A stretch of 21,895 bases of DNA, from positions 1 through 21,895 of the forward strand of contig JANOEP010000052.1 of NCBI GenBank assembly GCA_031441465.1, written 5' to 3'. This document shows positions 1 through 8,169 of the stretch, piece by piece. Source of the stretch: a bacterium (GTDB taxonomy: Bacteria; Krumholzibacteriota; Krumholzibacteriia; LZORAL124-64-63). The notes beneath the pieces were generated by a model. It was not told the origin of the DNA, ran no database searches, and was given only the letters and a program-made list of their open reading frames with translations. How positions within the stretch are numbered: position 1 is the stretch's first letter; each line of letters opens with the position of its first letter. The translations under genes were made by a program, and so were the position numbers.

Positions 1-2
1 AC

Positions 3-503
3 GGCCTCGCCATGCGCGAGGACGCGGGGCGCGGCTGGCGCCGCGTGGTGCCCAGCCCCGAACCCGTGGAGATCGTGCCCATCGCCGCCATCAAGGACAT
101 GCTCGGCGACGGTATCTGCGTGATCTGCTCGGGCGGCGGCGGCGTCCCGGTGGTGCGCTCACGGAGCGGCGCCCTCAGCGGCATCGACGCGGTCATCGAC
201 AAGGACCTCGCCTCGGAGCTGCTGGCCGAGCTGATCAAGGCCGACACGTTCGTGATCATCACCCAGGTCGAGCAGGTCTGCATCGGCTGGGGCAAGCCCG
301 GCCAGCAGTCGCTGGCGACGCTGCCCGCCGCTCGGGCGCGCGACCTGCTGGCGGCGGGCGAATTCCCCGCCGGCAGCATGGGTCCGAAGATCGAGGCCGC
401 CGTGGCGTTCCTGGCCGCGGGCGGTCGCGAGGTCGTCATCACCGATCCCGAACACTTGCTGGCCGCGGTCCACGGCGAGGCCGGCACGCGCATCGTCCCC
501 TGA
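3..503 (+). CDS. arcC: Carbamate kinase, C-terminal part (5'-truncated by window edge)
   Basis: Motifs GRGWRRVVPSPEP, SGGGGVPV, AVIDKDLAS and GSMGPKIEAA are typical of carbamate kinases. The frame is open from the window start. Confidence 0.93.
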   Translation, partial: GLAMREDAGRGWRRVVPSPEPVEIVPIAAIKDMLGDGICVICSGGGGVPVVRSRSGALSGIDAVIDKDLASELLAELIKADTFVIITQVEQVCIGWGKPGQQSLATLPAARARDLLAAGEFPAGSMGPKIEAAVAFLAAGGREVVITDPEHLLAAVHGEAGTRIVP

Positions 504-536
504 GGCGCGGCCGTGTCCGACGCGGTGTCCTTTCCG

Positions 537-566
537 TTGCGGGGGGCCGCGTGCGTGCGCTATGGT
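537..566 (+). promoter_or_regulatory. Possible sigma-70 promoter for purD
   Basis: TTGCGG (537-542), 18-bp spacer, TATGGT (561-566), followed by a GGAGG RBS and the ATG at 595. Confidence 0.35.
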
Positions 567-594
567 CCCGGACGCGATGGGAGGAGGACGGACG

Positions 595-1923
595 ATGACG
601 CCGCAGGTGCTGATCGTGGGCGCGGGAGGGCGTGAGCACGCGCTGGCGCGCCGGCTCGCCGAGTCCGCGTCCCGCCCCCGCCTCTGGGCCGCCCCCGGCA
701 ATCCCGGCCTGCTGCAACTAGCGTCCCGGGCGCCCGTCGATGCCGCCGACCACCACGCGCTGGCCGCTTGGTGCCGCGAGACGGCGATCGACCTGGTGGT
801 CGTCGGGCCCGAGGATCCCCTGATCGCCGGCCTGGCCGACGTCCTGCGCGACGCCGGCCTGGTTGTGTTCGGCCCCGGAGCCGAGGGCGCGCGCCTCGAG
901 GGGGACAAGGAACACGCCAAGCTGATCATGGCGGCGGCCGGTGTGCCGACCGCCGCCTACATCGCCTGCACGAGCCTCGACGAGGCGCTCTCCCGCCTCG
1001 AGACGGCGGTGTTTCCCCTGGTGGTCAAAGCCTGTGGAGCCGCCCAGGGCAAGGGCGTGGCGGTCTGTGCCGACCGGGCCGCGGCGCGGGCGCATCTGGA
1101 ACTGTGCTTCACGAACGACGCCTTCGGCGAAGCCGGGCGGCGCGTGCTGCTCGAGGAGTGCCTGACCGGCCCCGAACTTTCGCTCCTCGCCGTCACCGAC
1201 GGGCGCGACTACGGTCTGCTCTGCCCGTCGCGCGACCACAAGCGCATCGGCGACGGCGACACCGGTCCCAACACCGGGGGCATGGGCGTCGTCGCGTCCG
1301 CCGCCCTGCTGTCGCCCGGTCTCGGCCGGGCGGTCGGGGAGGGCGTCGTCGCGCCGGTGCTCGCCGAGCTGCGCCGTCGCGGCGTGGACTACCGCGGCGT
1401 GCTGTACGTCGGGCTGATGCTCACGCCGGCCGGTCCCCGCGTGCTGGAATTCAACTGCCGCTTCGGCGATCCCGAGACCCAGGCCGTGCTGCCGCTGCTG
1501 CGCGTCGACTTGCTGGAACTGCTGCGCGCCGCCGCGCGGGGCGGGCTCGGCGACTGGATGGCAGGCCTGCCGGCGCCCGGTCCCGGCGCCCCGCCGGGAT
1601 GGCCCGGCGCCGCCCTGACGGATTGGGAGCGCGCCGCGGCGGTCGTCGTGGCCGCCAGCCACGGCTATCCCGGGCCGATCCGCCGGGGGGACGCGATCAC
1701 GTTGCCGCCGGACCGTGCCGGCGCCTGGGTCGTCCAGGCCGGCACCGCCGAACACGAGGGGCGCCTGGTGACCGCGGGCGGGCGCGTGCTCGGTGTCGTC
1801 GGCGAGGGTGACGACCTGTGCGAGGCCCTGGTCGCCGCCTACGGTCTGCTGGCCGAGGTCCGGTTCGATGGTCTGATCGCCCGCCGCGACATCGGCGGCG
1901 GCGTCCCCGCTACCCAGGAGTGA
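595..1923 (+). CDS. purD: Phosphoribosylamine--glycine ligase (GAR synthetase)
   Basis: Motifs VLIVGAGGREHALA, APGNPG, VVGPEDPL, GKGV, DHKRIGDGDTGPNTGGMG, EFNCRFGDPETQ and TAGGRVL. Start placed at ATG 595, which has a GGAGG RBS upstream. Confidence 0.97.
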   Translation: MTPQVLIVGAGGREHALARRLAESASRPRLWAAPGNPGLLQLASRAPVDAADHHALAAWCRETAIDLVVVGPEDPLIAGLADVLRDAGLVVFGPGAEGARLEGDKEHAKLIMAAAGVPTAAYIACTSLDEALSRLETAVFPLVVKACGAAQGKGVAVCADRAAARAHLELCFTNDAFGEAGRRVLLEECLTGPELSLLAVTDGRDYGLLCPSRDHKRIGDGDTGPNTGGMGVVASAALLSPGLGRAVGEGVVAPVLAELRRRGVDYRGVLYVGLMLTPAGPRVLEFNCRFGDPETQAVLPLLRVDLLELLRAAARGGLGDWMAGLPAPGPGAPPGWPGAALTDWERAAAVVVAASHGYPGPIRRGDAITLPPDRAGAWVVQAGTAEHEGRLVTAGGRVLGVVGEGDDLCEALVAAYGLLAEVRFDGLIARRDIGGGVPATQE

Positions 1924-1926
1924 GGC

Positions 1927-2412
1927 ATGACGAAACGCGCGACGACCCCTGTCAAGGTGATGGTCCTGCTGGGCAGCAAGAGCGACCTACCGGTCATCGA
2001 CGGGCTCCGTGCGCTGCTGGACCGCTTCGGCCTCCCGCACCGGGTCGAGATCGCCTCGGCGCACCGCCAGCCGGACAAACTGCGGCGTCTGGTGGCCGCC
2101 GGCGACCGCGCCGGGATCGCGGTCTACATCGCGGTGGCCGGCATGGCGGCGCACCTGCCCGGCGTGGTGGCATCGTTGACGATGCGGCCGGTGATCGGCG
2201 TGCCGGTCGCGTCGGGCCCGCTGGCCGGCATCGACGCCCTGCTGTCGATGGCCCAGATGCCGGGCGGCGTGCCCGTGGCGACCGTCGCGATCGGACCGGC
2301 GGGCGCGAAGAACGCCGCCGTGCTCGCCGCGCGCATCCTGGCGCTCGGCGACGCGCGCGTGGCGGCGGCGCTGGACGACTTCCGCCGCGAGCAAGCACGC
2401 GGCGGCGGGTGA
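1927..2412 (+). CDS. purE: N5-CAIR mutase / AIR carboxylase catalytic subunit
   Basis: Motifs GSKSDL, SAHRQP, AGMAAHLPGVVA, PVIGVPV, QMPGGVPVATVAIG and AKNAA. Confidence 0.96.
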   Translation: MTKRATTPVKVMVLLGSKSDLPVIDGLRALLDRFGLPHRVEIASAHRQPDKLRRLVAAGDRAGIAVYIAVAGMAAHLPGVVASLTMRPVIGVPVASGPLAGIDALLSMAQMPGGVPVATVAIGPAGAKNAAVLAARILALGDARVAAALDDFRREQARGGG

Positions 2413-2413
2413 G

Positions 2414-3031
2414 ATGGGCGCCCGCACGCACGACCCCGCGGTCGCGGCCCGCTGCCTGGCCGGCGGGGGCGTGGTGCTGATGCCCACCGACACGCTGCCC
2501 GGTCTGCACGCGCGCGCCGACGCGCCGGCGGCCGTGGCGCGCATCACGGTGCTCAAGGGTCGTGACGAAGGCAAGCCGCTGCTGGTGCTCTGCGCCGACG
2601 CCGACGCGGCGCGCGGCCTCGTCGGCGAACTGGCCGGTCGCGTCTGGGATTACGCGGGTCGCTGCTGGCCCGGGCCCTACACGCTGGTGCTGCCGGCGGG
2701 TCCGGCGGCCCCACCGACGGCGACCCGCGGCGGGCCGACCCTGGCCGTGCGCGTGCCGGCGTCGCGGCGGTTGCGCGACCTCATCACCGCGTCCGGCGGC
2801 GCCTTGATCTCCACCAGCGCCAACGTGGCCGGCGAGCCGCCGGCCACGGATCTGGCGTCGGCGGCGCGGCAATTCACCGCCGGCGTCGACCTCGTGCTGG
2901 AGACGGACTGGGACGGGGCGTCGGAGGCTGCCGTCTCGGCGATGTTGGACCTCACCGAATGGCCGCCGCGTTTGTTGAGGCCGGGCCCGCGGGTTCCACC
3001 CGATTGGGAGTCGCATCTCGAAAAGGTTTGA
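2414..3031 (+). CDS. tsaC: L-threonylcarbamoyladenylate synthase (Sua5/YrdC/TsaC family, short form)
   Basis: Motifs PTDTLPGL, LKGR..KPL, WPGPYTLVL, AVRVP and STSANVAG. Confidence 0.9.
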   Translation: MGARTHDPAVAARCLAGGGVVLMPTDTLPGLHARADAPAAVARITVLKGRDEGKPLLVLCADADAARGLVGELAGRVWDYAGRCWPGPYTLVLPAGPAAPPTATRGGPTLAVRVPASRRLRDLITASGGALISTSANVAGEPPATDLASAARQFTAGVDLVLETDWDGASEAAVSAMLDLTEWPPRLLRPGPRVPPDWESHLEKV

Positions 3032-3061
3032 ATTCATTGCAATTGTGGAATCGGAGCCGGC

Positions 3062-3090
3062 TTGACTCAAACCGGTTCCCGGCCTAACTT
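3062..3090 (+). promoter_or_regulatory. Putative sigma-70 promoter for phosphatase-rpiB-glyA-nrdR-tatC
   Basis: TTGACT (3062-3067), 17 bp, TAACTT (3085-3090), preceded by an AT-rich stretch (3028-3046). Confidence 0.55.
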
Positions 3091-3096
3091 ACGCCG

Positions 3097-3597
3097 GTGG
3101 AGACGCACGTGACCACTCCTGTGACCATCCTGTTCGTCTGCTCGGGAAACACCTGCCGCAGCCCGCTGGCCGCCGTGTTCGCCGCCGCCCGCTGGGAGGA
3201 CGGCTACGCCTGCGCTTCCGCGGGACTGGACGCTTACCCGGGCTGCCCGGCGACGGCGGAATCCTGCGGGCAGGCACAGGAACGAGGGCTGGACCTGACC
3301 CGCCACCGTTCGCGGCCGCTGGACTCGGGCCTGCTGGTTGAGGCGGCCTGGGTGCTGCTGATGACGCCGGATCAGCTCGCACGCTTCCGCGCGCGGTTCC
3401 CGCAGCACACCGGCCGGGTCGGTCTGCTGGGACTCCCCGGCGTCGACCTGGCGTCCGGCGGCGACGCCGCGGCGGCCGAATCGATCGACGACCCCTACCG
3501 TGCGGGGACATCCCTGGCCTACGCGCGGATGGCGGACCAGGTCGAACGGCTCGTGGCGGCCTGGTCCGTGGAATTGCGGGGGAGGAGCGCGCCATGA
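3097..3597 (+). CDS. Low-molecular-weight protein phosphatase, probably YwlE-like protein-arginine phosphatase
   Basis: P-loop [25 protein letters not shown] and the general-acid loop DDPY. The start could instead be GTG 3109 (GGAG at 3099-3102). Confidence 0.88.
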   Translation: METHVTTPVTILFVCSGNTCRSPLAAVFAAARWEDGYACASAGLDAYPGCPATAESCGQAQERGLDLTRHRSRPLDSGLLVEAAWVLLMTPDQLARFRARFPQHTGRVGLLGLPGVDLASGGDAAAAESIDDPYRAGTSLAYARMADQVERLVAAWSVELRGRSAP

Positions 3598-4097
3598 TCA
3601 TCGCCGTCGGGTCCGACCACCGCGGCTTCGGGCACAAGGAGCGGGTCAGGGCGCTGCTGGAGCGCGAGGGCCACACGGTCGTGGACGTGGGCTGCCACGG
3701 GACCACTACCGTCGACTACCCGGACTTCGCTCTGGCCGTGGGCCGGGCCGTGGCCGAGGGCCGCGCCGCCCTCGGGGTGCTGGTCTGCGGCTCGGGCATC
3801 GGCGTGAGCATCGCCGCCAACAAGGTGCGCGGCGTGCGCGCCGCCCTGTGCTGCAACGAGGAGATGGCCGCGGCCACCCGTCGCCACAACGACGCCAACG
3901 TGATCTGCTTCGGCGCCGACCACACGCCCGTGGAGCTGGCCGAGCGCATGGTGCTGCGCTGGCTGGCGGCCGCGTTCGAGGGCGGCCGGCACGCCGACCG
4001 GATGCGCAAGATCGCCGACATCGAACAGGACGGGGGAGGCGGCGCCGCCGCCCCGTCGCCGTCATCGGAACCGGAACCGCGAGGAGAACAGGCATGA
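3594..4097 (+). CDS. rpiB: Ribose-5-phosphate isomerase B
   Basis: Motifs [42 protein letters not shown] and FEGGRH. ATGA overlap with the upstream gene. Confidence 0.96.
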   Translation: MIIAVGSDHRGFGHKERVRALLEREGHTVVDVGCHGTTTVDYPDFALAVGRAVAEGRAALGVLVCGSGIGVSIAANKVRGVRAALCCNEEMAAATRRHNDANVICFGADHTPVELAERMVLRWLAAAFEGGRHADRMRKIADIEQDGGGGAAAPSPSSEPEPRGEQA

Positions 4098-5338
4098 ACC
4101 GCTACCTGCAGGCCGCCGACCCCGAGATCGCCGACGTCGTCGCCCGGGAACTCGGACGCCAGCGCGACCAGCTCGAGATGATCGCCAGCGAGAACTTCAC
4201 CAGCTTGGCCGTGATGGAGGCCGCCGGCAGCGTCCTGACGAACAAGTACGCCGAGGGGTACCCCGGCAAGCGCTACTACGGCGGTTGCGAATTCGTCGAC
4301 CGGGCCGAAGAATTGGCCCGCGAGCGGGTGAAGGCGCTGTTCGGGGCCGAGCACGCCAACGTTCAGCCCCACTCCGGCTCGACGGCGAACATGATCGCCT
4401 ACCTGGCCTGCCTGAGCCCGGGTGACAAACTGCTGGGCCTCTCGCTGTCCCACGGCGGGCACCTGACCCACGGCCACCCGGTGAACTTCTCGGGTCTGCT
4501 CTTCAACGCCCTGCACTACGAGGTGGACCAGGAGACCGAGGTCATCGACTACGACGCGCTGCGCGAGCAGGCGCGGCGCGAGCGGCCCAAGGTCATCGTG
4601 GGCGGCGCGAGCGCCTACCCCCGCCACTGGGACTACGCGGCCATGCGCAGCATCGCCGACGAGATCGGCGCGGTCCTGATCTTCGACATGGCCCACGTGG
4701 CGGGCCTGGTCGCCGGCGGCGCGCACCCCAGCCCGGTGCCTTTCTGCGACATCGTCACCTCGACGACCCACAAGACGCTGCGCGGGCCGCGCGGCGGCAT
4801 CGTGCTGAGTCGGCCGGCGCACGCCGAGGCGATCGACAAGCTGAACTTCCCCGGCGTGCAGGGCGGCCCGCTGATGCACATCATCGCCGCCAAGGCCGTC
4901 TGCTTCCGCGAGGCGGCCCGGCCCGAGTTCGCCGTCTGGGCGCGGCGCTGCGTGGAAAACGCCCAGGCGCTGGGCGACCGCCTGCTCGAGCACGGCTTCC
5001 ATCTGGTCAGCGGCGGCACCGACAACCACCTGCTGCTGGTCAACCTCACGAGCAAGGACATTTCGGGCAAGAAAATGGAGCACTTGCTCGACGAAGTCGG
5101 GATCACGGTCAACAAGAACACGGTGCCCTTCGACACGCGCAAGCCGTTCGTCACCAGCGGCATCCGCATCGGCACGCCGGCCCTGACCACGCGCGGCATG
5201 GGACCCGACCAGATGCGCGCGATCGGCGACCTCATCGCCGGCGCCTGGGAGGCCCGCGAGGACGAGGCGGCCCGCGCCGCGCTGCGCACGCGGACCCGCG
5301 AGCTGTGCGAGGCGTTCCCCCTCTACCCGGAACTGTAG
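4094..5338 (+). CDS. glyA: Serine hydroxymethyltransferase
   Basis: Motifs [36 protein letters not shown]-lysine [19 protein letters not shown] and [12 protein letters not shown]. The true start is ATG 4094 (GAGGAG RBS, ATGA overlap), not the 3500 given in the ORF track. Confidence 0.98.
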   Translation: MNRYLQAADPEIADVVARELGRQRDQLEMIASENFTSLAVMEAAGSVLTNKYAEGYPGKRYYGGCEFVDRAEELARERVKALFGAEHANVQPHSGSTANMIAYLACLSPGDKLLGLSLSHGGHLTHGHPVNFSGLLFNALHYEVDQETEVIDYDALREQARRERPKVIVGGASAYPRHWDYAAMRSIADEIGAVLIFDMAHVAGLVAGGAHPSPVPFCDIVTSTTHKTLRGPRGGIVLSRPAHAEAIDKLNFPGVQGGPLMHIIAAKAVCFREAARPEFAVWARRCVENAQALGDRLLEHGFHLVSGGTDNHLLLVNLTSKDISGKKMEHLLDEVGITVNKNTVPFDTRKPFVTSGIRIGTPALTTRGMGPDQMRAIGDLIAGAWEAREDEAARAALRTRTRELCEAFPLYPEL

Positions 5339-5347
5339 GAGAACGGC

Positions 5348-5818
5348 GTGAAGTGCCCGAGCTGCGGCGCCGACGACGACAAGGTGGTGGACAGCCGGTC
5401 GGCCCGCGAAGGCCGGGCGATCCGGCGCCGGCGCGAGTGCGTCGCCTGCGGCGAGCGCTTCACCACCTACGAGTATGTCGAGATCAAACCCTTCCTGGTG
5501 ATCAAGCGCGACGGTCGGCGCGTGGAGTACGATCGGACCAAGGTGATCGGCGGCATCGCCCGCGCCTGCGAGAAGCGGGCCGTCTCGCTGGAGGAGATGG
5601 AGGCCATGGCCGACGCCGTGGAACGCGACCTGGCCGGGGGTCTGCAGCGCGAGGTGCCTTCGGCGGCGGTCGGCGAGTTGGTCATGGCCCAGCTCAGGGG
5701 CAAGGACGAGGTCGCCTACGTCCGCTTCGCCTCGGTCTACCGCTCCTTCAAGCACGTCGACGAGTTCATGTCCGAGCTGCGCGGCCTGCTCGACCGCAAG
5801 GGGGACGCCGGTGCCTGA
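5348..5818 (+). CDS. nrdR: Transcriptional repressor NrdR (zinc ribbon + ATP cone)
   Basis: Motifs MKCPSC, KVVDSR, IRRRRECVACGERFTTYE and DEVAYVRFASVYRSF. GTG start with AGGAG RBS. Confidence 0.97.
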   Translation: MKCPSCGADDDKVVDSRSAREGRAIRRRRECVACGERFTTYEYVEIKPFLVIKRDGRRVEYDRTKVIGGIARACEKRAVSLEEMEAMADAVERDLAGGLQREVPSAAVGELVMAQLRGKDEVAYVRFASVYRSFKHVDEFMSELRGLLDRKGDAGA

Positions 5819-6581
5819 GCGGCGCCGCCAGGGCGGCCAGATGACGCTGCTGGACCACCTCGACGAGCTGCGCACGGTGCTGCTGCAGTCCTTGCTGGTG
5901 GCGGGCGCGGCGGCCATCGGCGGCTGGTTCGTCTCGCAGCAGCTGCTGGACCTGATCGTCGCGCCGATGACCGCCGCCGGCCAGCAGGTCTACTTCAGCC
6001 AGCCCATGGAAGCCTTCATGACCAGGATGAAGGTGGCGGGCGTGGCCGGCCTGTTCGTGGTCCTGCCCTTCGTGCTGCTGCGCGCGTACCGCTTCGTCGC
6101 GCCCGGCCTCTACCCCCGGGAACGGCGGTTGGTGACACCCCTGCTGGCCGCTTCGGTGGCGCTGTTCTACGCCGGCGCGGCCTTCGCCTTCCTGGTGATG
6201 ATCCCCCTGGTCGTCAAGTTCATGCTGGGCTACGCCACCGAGTCCGTTCGCCCGCTCATCGGCATCGGTTCCTACTTCTCCTTCGTGGCGCAGACCTGCC
6301 TCGCCTTCGGGCTGGTCTTCGAGCTGCCGGTCGTCGTGCTGCTGCTCAGCGCGGCCGGCGTGGTCAGCGCCCGGACCCTGTGGTCGGGCTGGCGGTACGC
6401 CGCGGTGATCATCGTGGTCGTCGCGGCGGTCCTCACGCCGCCCGACGTCGTGAGCCAGATGCTGATGGCCGTGCCGGTCATGGCCCTGTACCTCCTGTCG
6501 GTCGGGGCGGCGCTGCTCCTGGAGAGGGGGCGCCGGCGGGAGGAAGCGCGCGGCGGGCGGTTGCCAGAGGACGCCGGATGA
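5811..6581 (+). CDS. tatC: Twin-arginine translocase subunit TatC
   Basis: Motifs MTLLDHLDELR, FVAPGLYPRE, FGLVFELPV and TPPDVVSQ, with about six hydrophobic segments. The start may be ATG 5841. Confidence 0.95.
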   Translation: MPERRRQGGQMTLLDHLDELRTVLLQSLLVAGAAAIGGWFVSQQLLDLIVAPMTAAGQQVYFSQPMEAFMTRMKVAGVAGLFVVLPFVLLRAYRFVAPGLYPRERRLVTPLLAASVALFYAGAAFAFLVMIPLVVKFMLGYATESVRPLIGIGSYFSFVAQTCLAFGLVFELPVVVLLLSAAGVVSARTLWSGWRYAAVIIVVVAAVLTPPDVVSQMLMAVPVMALYLLSVGAALLLERGRRREEARGGRLPEDAG

Positions 6582-6654
6582 CATAAGGTAGGGAACCGGT
6601 CAAGCCTGGGGACGCCTGGCCGTCCCGGGAATCGACCGCCACCGAAGGGGATGC

Positions 6655-7659
6655 ATGTCGCTGCTCGACCAGGAACGGGTCCAGCTCTGGGCCCTGCAGA
6701 AGATCATCGGGGACGAGTTGTCCCGCTTCGACGCCGCCTACGACGGCCTCGTGCGCGGCGAGACCCCCCTGATCGAGGAAGTCTGCGCCCACGTCAAGCA
6801 GGGCCGCAGCAAGCGCTTCCGGCCCACCCTGCTGCTGCTCACGGCCAAGCACGACGCCCCGACGCCGCAGGATGCGGTGCTGTGCGCGGCCTGCGTCGAG
6901 ATGATCCACACCGCGACCCTGCTGCACGACGATTTCATCGACGAGGCGCTGACCCGTCGCGGTCTGCCCTCGGTGAACCAGGCCTGGGGACCGGCGACGG
7001 CCCTGGTCATGGGTGACTACCTCTACAGCAAGGCCCTGGACTGCCTTAGCGGCGCCGGCCTGCACGGGGCCCTGCGGCTGCTGGCCGGCACGACGCTGAA
7101 AATGAGCCAGGCCGAGATGATGCAGATCGAGACCCGGCACGACCTCGCGCTCACCGAAGAGCGTTACCACGACATCATCCTGCGCAAGACGGCGTCCCTG
7201 ATCGAGTCCGCCTGCGCGATCGGGGCGGGCTTCAACCCGGCCGCGGTCCGGCACGTCGAGGCCTACGGGGAGTTCGGCCGCATGATCGGCTTCGTGTTCC
7301 AGATCACCGACGACATCTTCGACTTCCTCGGCGACGAGCGCCGGCTGGGCAAGCCCACCGGTCAGGACTGGGAGGAGGGCCGCATCACCCTGCCCCTGAT
7401 CGCCGCGCTGCGCGACGCGCCCGAGGAGCGGCGGCGGCGCCTGCTCGACCGCGTGACGGGCCTCACGGGAGCGGCGCGGGCCGAGGCCTGGACCGAGGTC
7501 AAGGACTTCGTCCTGGAGCACGGCGGGACCGACTACGCCCGCGGGAAAGCCAAGGAATACGGGGACCGAGCCAAAGCTGCGATCACTACCGTCGCCACGG
7601 GAGTCCAGAGGGACCTGCTCGTCGTGTCGGTCGATTATGTCCTGCGCCGTCTCAACTGA
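6655..7659 (+). CDS. Trans-polyprenyl diphosphate synthase (long-chain, IspB/HepT-like)
   Basis: Motifs KRFRP, first Asp-rich motif TATLLHDDFIDEALTRRG, GDYL, KTASL, second Asp-rich motif FQITDDIFD and GKPTGQD..EG..TLP. Confidence 0.93.
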   Translation: MSLLDQERVQLWALQKIIGDELSRFDAAYDGLVRGETPLIEEVCAHVKQGRSKRFRPTLLLLTAKHDAPTPQDAVLCAACVEMIHTATLLHDDFIDEALTRRGLPSVNQAWGPATALVMGDYLYSKALDCLSGAGLHGALRLLAGTTLKMSQAEMMQIETRHDLALTEERYHDIILRKTASLIESACAIGAGFNPAAVRHVEAYGEFGRMIGFVFQITDDIFDFLGDERRLGKPTGQDWEEGRITLPLIAALRDAPEERRRRLLDRVTGLTGAARAEAWTEVKDFVLEHGGTDYARGKAKEYGDRAKAAITTVATGVQRDLLVVSVDYVLRRLN

Positions 7660-7683
7660 CGCCGCACCAGCACCGGGAAGAAC

Positions 7684-8169
7684 ATGAACAAGACCGTCAA
7701 GCAGACCGCGCCCTTCGCGGACGGCCCGGCCTTCCGCCTGGCCGAGACCGCCGCCCACGCCGCCCTGGTCAAGAAGGGGGAGGACGTGCTGGTGCTGGAT
7801 CTCGCCGGGCGCTCCGACGTGGCCGACTACTTCGTGATCGCCACCGGCGGCAGCGACCAGCAGGTCGACGCCGTCGCCCGCGGGGTCGCCGAAGCGGCGG
7901 CGGCCGAGGGCCAGAAGCTCCTGCACGGCGAGGGACGCGACCGCAACTACTGGGTCCTGCTGGATTTCTTCGACGTCGTGGTCCACGTCCTGCAGCCGCG
8001 CGCCCGCCAGTACTACTCGCTCGAACGCCTCTGGAACGACGCGCCCTGCCTCGTCGTGGGACCGGACTACTTCGCGCGGGCCGACGTCCGCCGGCGCCGG
8101 CCGGATCTCCAGCTGGTCCGCCTCGCGGGCCGGGACGAGGCGACGAAGCAGACGGGAGCCGGGAAGTGA
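7684..8169 (+). CDS. rsfS: Ribosome silencing factor (Iojap family)
   Basis: Motifs KKGEDVLVLDL, DYFVIATGGS, WVLLDFFDVVVHV and RQYYSLERLW. Confidence 0.93.
   Translation: MNKTVKQTAPFADGPAFRLAETAAHAALVKKGEDVLVLDLAGRSDVADYFVIATGGSDQQVDAVARGVAEAAAAEGQKLLHGEGRDRNYWVLLDFFDVVVHVLQPRARQYYSLERLWNDAPCLVVGPDYFARADVRRRRPDLQLVRLAGRDEATKQTGAGK

Noticed and set aside
504..594. Purine/ZTP riboswitch upstream of purD
   Set aside because: The gap is short, is occupied by a promoter-like site and the RBS, and has no recognisable aptamer consensus.
3716..5917. Long antisense and alternate-frame ORFs (e.g. 3716..5917 -, 8067..9917 -, 19106..21052 -, 19234..20751 +)
   Set aside because: Shadow ORFs of well-supported genes, expected at ~70% GC. 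They show no motifs or RBS.
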